Made by a program: the position numbers and the translations under genes
Notes under the pieces: generated by a model
Databases searched by the model: none
Seen by the model: only the letters and a program-made list of their open reading frames with translations
What the model was told of the DNA's origin: nothing
In this document: positions 57,601 to 64,000 of the stretch, in pieces
Position numbering within the stretch: position 1 is the first letter of the stretch
Layout of the letters: every line of letters begins with the position of its first letter
Assembly (NCBI GenBank): GCA_041652815.1
Contig: JBAZGN010000002.1
Coordinates: 8,209-72,208, forward strand
From: Candidatus Omnitrophota bacterium
GTDB taxonomy: Bacteria > Omnitrophota > Gorgyraeia > Duberdicusellales > 4484-171
Reading direction: 5' to 3'
DNA length: 64,000 nt

Positions 57601-60600
57601 AGCGTAGGTAATTATAAAGGAAAAGTTGATTTAGAAGCTTTGTCCAAAATGGATGAGGATTTACATAATTTGAAAGCTTTGAATGGTTCGATGGTAAGGG
57701 CTATCGAAGATATCGTGGCAAACAGAGATTGGAAAAATGTTTATACTTTGAGCGAAGAAGAAGAAGAGAATGTTTCCGATAGCCTTTTACATAATTTTAG
57801 TGCAGCAATTATGATTATGGGGCATAACCATGCTCACCCACATCTTTATAGAAGGATAGGCAGAAGAATATTTATTATTAATAATGGTTTGAAAGGCTAT
57901 CTGTTGATATCAGAAGACAGAGGTATTGAGTTAGTTGATCCGGGGAAAGAGGCGCAAGTAATAATGCCGGCAGAGGAATACAGAGAACTTCGTCAACCTC
58001 TCATTGAGGTTTCTTCTCCGGTTGCACAAATTGTTACTGACTTAGCTGGAATTATCAACAATGGAAATACTCGGTTGCAGCAGAGTTTAAAAGAGCGGTT
58101 CAACCTCTTCCGTGGCTGGTGGAGGACCGTTCTCTCTGTTGCAGCCGCTTTACCTATTTATATAAGAAAAGGCGCGTTAAGCAAATTTTTAAAGGAAAAT
58201 TTTGGAACAAGGAGGTTAATATGGTTATCCGTGGCTTTGAAAACCTTACAATTACCAGAATTATCCCCACGAGAAATGGGCTTATTGTTAGGGCAACTTA
58301 TCCGGGATGGGCTTCGCGCTTTACCTTTCTTGTCCAGCATAGCGGAAATATTAAGGGCATCAGCGGGTTTAGATGGCAAAATGTCAGTACCGCAGCCACA
58401 AGAATTATTGCGGCAAAAATTTTCTCCAGTATCAGCAAACAGAGCCGTTGGATTTCTTAGAGGATATGTGGACGAAAGAGCTTCTTCTGCTGGAGGCAAT
58501 CATAGTGAGGACATAAACTTGTTCGGGTTAACGCGTTATCAAAAAGTGTTGCTTGAACATTTAGGTATTTCTTTTAATCGGTTTCCGCCGTATGGTTTAT
58601 GGGGCGAAGAATTAAGTATGACAGATTTAGGTATGCAGTTCCGCGACCGTAGGAATGAGCTTCGTGCCGCAATGCGAATTGTATGGCGCAATAAAATGTT
58701 TGCTCGGCTTGTAAGCTATACTAAGCGTCATTATGGAGAAATTAATATTGTAAATGACGTTAATGAATGCTACGTTGAAGCTTTTGTGAGGCTTTCAAGA
58801 AATGCTACTGCACGGCGAGCAGGAGCACAAGCATTTACCTATCCACAGGCAAGAAAAACTATCATTGAGATATGCCGTCAATTACAAAGCGAGGATAGCC
58901 AAGGCAGTTCTCCTCTTGTCTCCGATGACAATGATCAAGAATTAATTAAAACCTCTTCACCTACTGCAATCGCAAGGTCTTCCGCAATTTTCGAGACAAA
59001 AATTACTAACCCCGTGGAAGATATAACAATGCTATTAGGCCGATATAATACATGCTTGGGTGATGGTAGGGGTATTCTAAGCGATTATGGCAAAAGATTA
59101 TTTGCAACAAAGAAATTTAGTTCTATAGATATAGAAAGTTTGCAAGGAGAAACTTTTACGCGCGCAATTGAAAGGCTGGTCTTACCGCCTGAGCATGGTG
59201 GAATAAATAGGGACGCAAATTTATTCATATCCCCTACAGAATATGTTGCAAGGTCAAATTGTAAATTCATAGGCCGAGGTTTGCAAATTTCACACGACTG
59301 TAATAATCATTGTCTATTCTGTATGTCAGGAGGCAAAAATCAAGAGCAATCGTTATTTTATCCTATAGCAATAGAAAGTTTTTTAAGTTTTGCTCAAGAA
59401 GGAGGACGCAAGGCCATACGTTTTACGGTTGTGCCATTCTACTCAAGAACCGACGGTGACGACCTCTCTACTAAAGATGACATTTGTGGTGCAGATATAT
59501 CTGACATTATTTTATTCAATCAATGGAGTTTTAATACATTTTGGCCAGAGGAAAAAGGCATGGCAGATGTACGTAGTGCCGGTTATTCTCCTTTCCATAG
59601 AACTGCATTTTGGTCAAAGAGGGCAGTAAAAAGACTACATGATGCCCAGATTGATGGAAGGAGATTTCGGTTCCTAATCTCATTTCATTTATTCAGGCCG
59701 GAAATTTTATGCGCCGTTCTGGGCATGAATAAAGAACGATTACGTTTTATAATCAGCAAATTTAGCCAAATGTACAAGGATGTTATATTGTGCTGGGGTA
59801 AAGACAATCAAGTATTTGTTTTGCCCCGATGGTTATCACCGGAAGATATTTCTGATCGAAGTTTCCCTACAACGCTTAAAGTGATTGATGGGCTGCAAAG
59901 GAGAATGCTGGAAGATTTATTGGCCGATCACGAAATAAAAAGAAGGATTGTGATAGTGGATGGTGATATTTCATGGAAATACCCATATGCGCGTAGTGTG
60001 TTAGAAAGAATCGTTAAACAAGAAAAGGCGCAATCGGATATCTTTAGCAGGGCTAAAGATATGCTTGTAAAAGAAAGTAACGGCGCCGTTTCTTCGCCTT
60101 TGGCAGGTAGAGAAAGATTTACGACCGTAATTTCCGATATCGGCGGCGTGTTAGGCGGATTCGATGGCGATTCTTTTGTAAAACAGGTTTTACCTTATAG
60201 CCGAATGCCGGCGAAAGACATTGTGGAAGCTCTGCGGACATCTAAGGCAAGAGAGCTGTCCGCCTTAGGAATTATTGATGATAGGCAATTTATCAGAATG
60301 ATTTCTGAAGAATTACAGTTAAAAGGCATAAACTATGGCGATTTTTATAGGATTTATAACTCCGGTTTTACAGTAAATGCAGAAATGGTTGGCTTATTGA
60401 ATTTATTGATGGCACAAGAACTAAAAGTGGCAATTCTTTCTAACATAGGCACTATGCACTACCAAGCTGTAAAAGAATTTATGCCGCAACACGGATTGGA
60501 TATCGAGCGCCTTGATGGGTTTTTCGCATCCTGCGAATTAAGGATGAAAAAGCCAGATCCCGCGATATACAAATATGCTTTGGGTAATTTAGGAGTTAAT

Positions 60601-63600
60601 CCGCAGGAAACCATATTTATCGACGACATGCAGGAAAATGTCGAGGCAGCGCGGGAATTAGGCATAATCGCTATTGGGTTTACGCGTATAGAGCTTCTTG
60701 GACAGACATTAATTGAATTGGGTATTTTAAATAGGAGCTCTTCGCCTTCCAGAGCTAATAATAATGGCAGCTTGGGTATTATGTCGACTTCTGTCGGGAA
60801 ATGGATAGGTTATCATAAAAACAGCCCGCCATTTAACACAGCTGAAGAAACCATTTCTTCTTCTCCGGCGAAAAAAGACAGCAAACATTCTTTTTCTTTG
60901 GCTTTTTCACGCATCCGCAACAGGTTTAGCCGTTTGCCCAGGAACAAACAGCTAAACATATTGGTAGATGCTATTTCTACCGCAGCTTACGTATTTATCA
61001 GCGTAATTTCATTAGGCTTCTTATTCCTTACCACCGGCGTAGCTAATATCATTTTCGGCGTTACCGGAATTCTTTTTGTAGCCCTTAAAGCTACCGCAAC
61101 CTTTATTAAGAAAATCATCAATAGCGGTTTGATTGCCGTTTTAATTTCTGTCGCGCCCTACTTTAAATATTTTGTTATTATAATTATATTTTTTGCCAGA
61201 ACTGTAAACGCTTACGTTAAAAGAATAAATGTGCCGGTTAATCCACGGGCAAATTCACCCGCACTGAAAAATTGCCAAAGTTTAGGCCCTGCATCTTCCC
61301 CAATCGGAAACATCGGCCAAGCCCTAAGAGATGAATTAGTGGTTAACCCGTCTTTACTTTCCTTAAAAGATACCCCTCATTTATTTCTTCAACAGGCTTT
61401 GCAAGCTCAAAATGCCGGCGCAGGGATGATTCATTTTGACCTAATGGATGGGATTTTTGTTGCCGCTAACAACTTAAATATTTTTAGCCCCGAGAAGGTG
61501 TATGAACTGACACAGCGGTTAAGCATTCCTTTGGATGTGCACCTTATGGTTCGTAAGTCAAAACAAGAGCTTGAGTTACTTATCAGCCGCTATCAAGATG
61601 CCGGAGCAGGTATTATTACTGTCCATAGAGAAGTTTTTGAGGGAGAAGACGAGATGATTGATATATTAGAGCATATTCGTAAACAAAATGTAAAAGCCGG
61701 AGTTGCCCTTAATCCTGACCGGCAAGTTTGCGATATCGCTGATGCTTTAGCCTATGCCGATATGGTTCTTATTATGTCAGTGTATCCGGGAAAAAGCGGA
61801 CAGGAATTTATTGTAAATGTTTTAAGCAAAGCAGACATTCTACGTAAACATTACGGTTTCAAAGGCGCGATAGAAATTGACGGCGGAATTAAAACGCCGC
61901 AGGCATTTTTCGTTTCTTTATGGGGAGGAGTTAATATTTTTGTTTCCGGAACAGGGGTATTTAATCAAGAGCCCATTCAAGCCAATATTGCTTTATTAAA
62001 ACAGGCTTTCCGCGCCGGCAAAGCAATGCGGTTAGCTAAGGTGGGAAAATCTATAGAGGCCGGAATTGTATCGTCATCTCTTGCTTTCGATGGGAGCAGC
62101 CGTAATGCTTTGGTTTTCGGGCGCAGGCCTGGAGAAAAGTTGATTGTTTTCGGAAGTAAACTCACAACTATTACTATGGTTGGCTATGGATATAGTTTAG
62201 AGGGCAGAGAGCCGGCAAGCGTTGTTATAGTTTCCCGCGATGGAGAAGATGACAGGTTGGTTGGAGTATCTCAACAAAAACCTGTTGTGGATATTGGCGA
62301 GGATATGTCTGTTTTTGTGCCTCAAAAATATCCGCAAAGGCGTATAGGAATTTTGGTTTTACCTTCAGTTAACGTACAGAGAGCAGAGCAATTACCAGAA
62401 GAAAGCCCTTCTCTTAGCGGGATTGTGGTTACTCGTTATATGAATTATTGGGAGAGAAGAGGTTTTGATGTCGGAGAAGTCGCATTTAAACTTGACGGCA
62501 GGGAAACCATAAGAAGGCCTTATCTTGCTTATCTTACGATGATAGAGCCTAAGAAGCGAAGAGAAATTATCCTCATCGAAAATTTTCAGCGTTATGCAGG
62601 AAATAATATTTGGCTTACATTTTTACCTGTTGAAATTGCGCCCGGCCAAAGTAAAAAAACAAAATTTCATATTATAGCGCCGAACAAGTTTGTTGCGAGA
62701 TGGGATTTTAAAGGGCATAGCAGTAAGGTAGGCAATGGAGGAATTCATAGAAATTTTGGCGCAGGTTCTTCGCCGGTTAAAGATGCGCTTAGAACTACCA
62801 GCCCCACTCGTGGTCCGCCGGAATTTAGCTACAAGCTACGAGCTATCCTTCGAGCATACTCAGGACAAGTGAGCTATGAGTTTAATTCTTCTTCGCCAGT
62901 TCAATTAATTAAAGAAAAGCATCAAGCCCAATTTAAAGAAGAGGCTGTAAATTGGCTTATGGAATGGTTTAGGACGGAAGGCGGCGTCGCTGATGTTACA
63001 CGTAATGGCGCTGAAGAAGTATATGACAAGTTTTATATCTGCCCGGCAGGAACTGTAGGCTGGCTTACTAAGCCGTTTGAGGATTTAAGTCCGGAAGAAG
63101 AAGTTGTATTCCTACGAGCGATAATGAGAAGATATGCTCAATACGCCAAGCTTGAGCCTCAAGGAGGAGTATTGAGGTATTTACCCGGAAGCTTAGAGAC
63201 TTATGAAATTGATTTAACTAAAGCAGGCGAAAGCGGGAAATTAATTCTTAAGTTAAGGCCGACCACTAACGCTCTCCCCTTTGCGGTAATGTATGAGTTT
63301 GGCTATAAAGGCGATGAGTATATCATTACTCTTCACCGCGCGCCTTACGGCGTAGAGCGCCATGTGGTTGTAGGCAAAAAATTCTCCCAGAGTACTCCCC
63401 AGGAACTATCGTTGGAACGGACAGAGCTTATTCTACGCCTAACACGGATGTTTGGAAGTGGGTATGAAACCACCTTTAACCATGTGGGATGTGGAGTACC
63501 AGAATTCCATGCCCACTTTTTTAAATTGATAACGCCGTTATGGACAACTTCGACCCATATTGGTATATCAAGCAAATATCTTAAAGGAATTCAAAGATTA

Positions 63601-63999
63601 AGTGGTTCCGACTCGGCTATAGTAGCGCAAGAAGCATTTGCAGCTTGGAATAGATATTTTAAAGGCGGTTTAAGCGGCAGTATCCAAGCTGACCTTGCCA
63701 GCCATTTTAGCCAAGGCCAGATAAGTTGTTATATAACCCCCAGGGCTTTTCCCAGGCCGCAGACAGTTTTACTGGAGGAAGAAGGATATCGCCAATTCTT
63801 CGGAACTCTGGAAGTGGGAGGTTTATTAATAAATATTAAACCTCTTGATAGAATTTCTATAGATGCCGCACATAAGGCCGTAAGAAAACTTCAGGATGAT
63901 CCAGCTCTTTATCTCCAAGCCTTAAGGGAAATGAGTATATCTTCTGAGCAAGCATTAGCGGGTAGTATTTCTTCACCAGTTAAAATCGGCTGGTGGAGT
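13201..63999 (+). CDS. Giant multidomain protein, part 2. Frame 1 resumes after the duplication junction and stays open to the window end, so it is 3'-partial. The true start is unresolved. It is most likely the same gene as part 1, interrupted at 13144-13200.
   Basis: Frame 1 from 13201 (PHNIATLIRY...) matches copy A codon for codon (offset 4956). I saw no in-frame stop through nt 64000 and checked alignment at 20101, 30001, 40021, 50041, 60001 and 63961. The first in-frame ATG is at 13339 and a TTG is at 13279. Both lie inside a domain and lack an RBS, so neither is a convincing start. Confidence 0.8.
15865..16290 (+). other. Second Nudix/IDI-like domain. It is a paralog of 11080-11490 and follows copy A-prime.
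   Basis: IDGTWHRSVFMILIDKEGRMLVQIRSDNKKFFPGCRDTSASGHLGLTEDYIDGAINETQEEV. Confidence 0.5.
16978..18060 (+). other. PEP-utilizing enzyme N-terminal (PEP/pyruvate-binding, ATP-grasp-like) domain, of the PEP synthase or pyruvate phosphate dikinase type.
   Basis: YGELVGGKGKSLTELAQVVDVPEAFFISTEAYRYF resembles the GGKGANL...VP.GF.ITT.A pattern. Confidence 0.55.
18100..18360 (+). other. PEP-utilizing enzyme mobile (phospho-His) domain-like.
   Basis: GDVVVTFATNPDWALSMGRARAVITDRGDDLCHAAIVSRELNFPCIVGTG resembles GGRTSHAAIVARELGIPAVVG. The His is retained, with TSH changed to LCH. Confidence 0.55.
19750..20400 (+). other. Cytidylyltransferase-like domain with an HxGH motif (nucleotidyltransferase fold, NadD-like).
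   Basis: ANIGLHPGTMNPLTYGHIIEDLGVILDKRLDAVVIAVGGNVPDKPF. The TYGH here resembles the (T/H)xGH motif. Confidence 0.4.
20944..21150 (+). other. Minimal nucleotidyltransferase (Pol-beta-like) motif region.
   Basis: IPIILYGSYSKRSQRAGSDLDISVVYGD resembles the GS.ARG....SD.D. pattern. Confidence 0.4.
26050..26565 (+). other. GHKL / histidine-kinase-like ATPase domain (HATPase_c-like).
   Basis: ISNLVTNAREAQEND...KLIVIGININKGKLVVYVADIGPGIEKDKL...GLGLAELRVFQKDVGENGKRTI. Confidence 0.45.
29467..29644 (+). repeat. A 178-bp in-frame repeat, copy 1 of 2. It encodes ADGRPLWDVRETDISIREYVT(G/E)VWKEASSPASQRLAPFF....
   Basis: About 96% identical to 35353-35530 (offset 5886). Both copies produce the shared +frame-2 shadow ORF tail LMAGRYGMFVKQIYLFANM in the supplied track. 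Confidence 0.9.
31291..32100 (+). other. 6-phosphofructokinase-like domain.
   Basis: KTILFGISGGDCPGLNAILSGL (31327-31353) resembles the PFK GGDAPGMNA motif. YAIFFVGGDDHARQA resembles IGGDGS. Confidence 0.55.
33541..34500 (+). other. HAD-superfamily subfamily IIIC (FkbH-like) phosphatase domain followed by a GNAT-like fold.
   Basis: KALVLDCDGVLWEG (33550-33573) is HAD motif I. AINSKNDPEDV carries the SKN motif. MRINWQKKTTNLREIAKELNIGIDSLVFLDDSPQERELV. Confidence 0.55.
35353..35530 (+). repeat. The 178-bp in-frame repeat, copy 2 of 2.
   Basis: Matches 29467-29644 apart from about 6 substitutions. Confidence 0.9.
42400..42960 (+). other. ROK-family / ASKHA sugar kinase (glucokinase-like) domain.
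   Basis: AAGVDLGGTNIRAGLVNLEAMQVEG (42418-42460), SIGAPGIF and GNDVSCAGVGE. The last resembles the ROK E.DANAAALGE motif. Confidence 0.55.
43150..44139 (+). other. PfkB-family carbohydrate kinase (ribokinase-like) domain.
   Basis: KFVDGTGCGDGFVSGMIHSM (43948-43977) resembles the PfkB C-terminal signature DTTGAGDAF. Confidence 0.5.
44340..44800 (+). repeat. Four imperfect tandem repeats of about 130 bp that encode HEAT-like helical repeats.
   Basis: The AVARKKDAQR, AIAGKKDAQG, VIARKKDARE and AIAGKKDAPK repeats start at about 44355, 44478, 44613 and 44745. Confidence 0.5.
44890..45381 (+). other. Trypsin/chymotrypsin-like serine protease domain with the catalytic triad present.
   Basis: YIVLTNTHVV (His, 44959-44961), DGDIALLI (Asp) and FTEPGDSGSPYVV (Ser motif GDSGSP, 45292-45309). 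Confidence 0.7.
49360..50805 (+). other. Pyruvate kinase domain (barrel plus C-terminal domain). It begins with an in-frame Met.
   Basis: [36 protein letters not shown] and [59 protein letters not shown] resembles the PK MVARGDLGIEIP...PVICATQMLESM pattern. Confidence 0.85.
51130..52251 (+). other. Second glycogen-synthase-like region (GlgA catalytic and C-terminal part).
   Basis: IKFADAITAVSPKWAEEIQ resembles GlgA LKAGL.YAD.VTTVSPTYA.EI. Also HGIHNGLVGARN, LAARLDEQKG and GLRTTGGLAV. Confidence 0.55.
53932..54480 (+). other. Canonical guanylate kinase domain.
   Basis: IIVAGPSGVGKSTFINEIL (P-loop GPSGVGKST at 53953-53979) and LTTTRKPRIPEPGKADDKYRRCISVEQFERE, which matches the TTRxPR motif. 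Confidence 0.75.
57046..57900 (+). other. Calcineurin-like metallophosphoesterase domain.
   Basis: VAVIGDIHSKFGNL (GDIH), IFLGDYLDRGKDSRATMSLV (GDxxDRG) and VMLWGNHE (GNHE). Confidence 0.7.
59251..60000 (+). other. Radical-SAM-like region with a CxxxCxxC motif.
   Basis: ISHDCNNHCLFCMSGG: tgt...tgt..tgt at 59299-59322, in frame. Confidence 0.35.
60100..60720 (+). other. HAD-like hydrolase domain with a degenerate motif I.
   Basis: MKKPDPAIYKYALGNLGVNPQETIFIDDMQENVEAARELGIIAIGF resembles the HAD pattern KPDP.IF..AL..LGV.P.E.IFIDD...NV.GA...G. Motif I reads ISDIGGVL (DxGG where DxDG is expected). Confidence 0.55.
60961..61200 (+). other. Internal cluster of hydrophobic transmembrane-length segments.
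   Basis: LNILVDAISTAAYVFISVISLGFLFLTTGVANIIFGVTGILFVALKATATFIKKIINSGLIAVLISVAPYFKYFVIIIIFFA. Confidence 0.5.
61321..61992 (+). other. Ribulose-phosphate 3-epimerase-like domain.
   Basis: NPSLLSLKDTPHLFLQQALQAQNAGAGMIHFDLMDGIFV...IPLDVHLMV...AGIITVHRE...VKAGVALNPDRQVCDIADALAYADMVLIMSVYPGKSGQEF...IEIDGGIK. This lines up with the RPE pattern APSILSAD...AGAD.IHVDVMDGHFVPN...PLDVHLMI...ADIITVH.E...KAGVVLNP.TP......LD.VDLVLLMSVNPGFGGQ.F...IEVDGGV. Confidence 0.8.
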
Positions 64000-64000
64000 G

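Noticed and set aside
16990-62000. An NRPS or PKS megasynthase as the explanation for the gene size
   Set aside because: I saw no ketosynthase, acyltransferase, adenylation, condensation or carrier-protein motifs (GHSxG, LGG-S carrier, and so on). The domain content is metabolic kinases, phosphatases and glycosyltransferases.
63300-63560. A HIT-family or GalT-like histidine motif at VPEFHAHFF
   Set aside because: Only two histidines are present where the HxHxHxx pattern needs three. The motif is too degenerate to call without a profile search.
636-63575. All 100+ short ORFs in the supplied six-frame track, for example 48120..48599(-) at 159 aa and 25539..26003(-) at 154 aa
   Set aside because: Every one lies antisense to, or out of frame with, the continuous frame-1 coding sequence. 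They are AT-rich shadow ORFs with low-complexity translations. None shows a recognisable motif.
1-64000. Use of an alternative genetic code (TGA or TAG reassigned) to explain the enormous open frame
   Set aside because: I saw no in-frame TGA or TAG codons at all in frame 1, and only the single TAA. A reassigned-stop code would be expected to use the reassigned codon as a sense codon.

Overview
The whole 64 kb window is a single reading frame on the + strand, in frame 1 (codons start at positions congruent to 1 mod 3).

**The frame.** I translated it by hand from nt 1 to nt 64000. It is open at both window edges. The only in-frame stop I found is one TAA at 13144-13146. The supplied ORF track omits this frame. 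Every ORF it lists is a short out-of-frame or antisense shadow of it.

**What the protein looks like.** It is a giant gene, over 21,300 codons within the window and continuing beyond both ends. It begins with a polytopic membrane region and then runs through dozens of different enzyme-family domains:
- seven guanylate-kinase-like domains
- HExxH motifs
- Nudix/IDI-like domains
- two glycogen-synthase-like domains
- a PEP-utilizing-enzyme-like domain
- phosphofructokinase-like, ROK-like and PfkB-like kinase domains
- pyruvate kinase
- ribulose-phosphate 3-epimerase
- a metallophosphatase
- a trypsin-like protease
- HAD domains
- a radical-SAM-like motif
- a GHKL ATPase

The domains are joined by short Ser/Pro linkers, ASSP or ASSSP, that recur as near-identical nucleotide cassettes.

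**Repeats.** A 2.5 kb segment (8207-10702) is repeated identically at 13164-15658. The junction of that duplication creates the single TAA and a short out-of-frame stretch. Other internal repeats include:
- an older paralogous unit at 5542-8205
- a 141 bp tract copied three times
- a 178 bp repeat present twice
- a 14 bp palindrome, CCTATATATATAGG, at four in-frame sites
- four HEAT-like tandem repeats

**What is absent.** I saw no rRNA, tRNA, CRISPR array, transposase or intergenic regulatory region. The base composition is AT-rich and the standard code fits: there are no in-frame TGA or TAG codons.

By domain content and size, this megaprotein is the candidate undescribed system.
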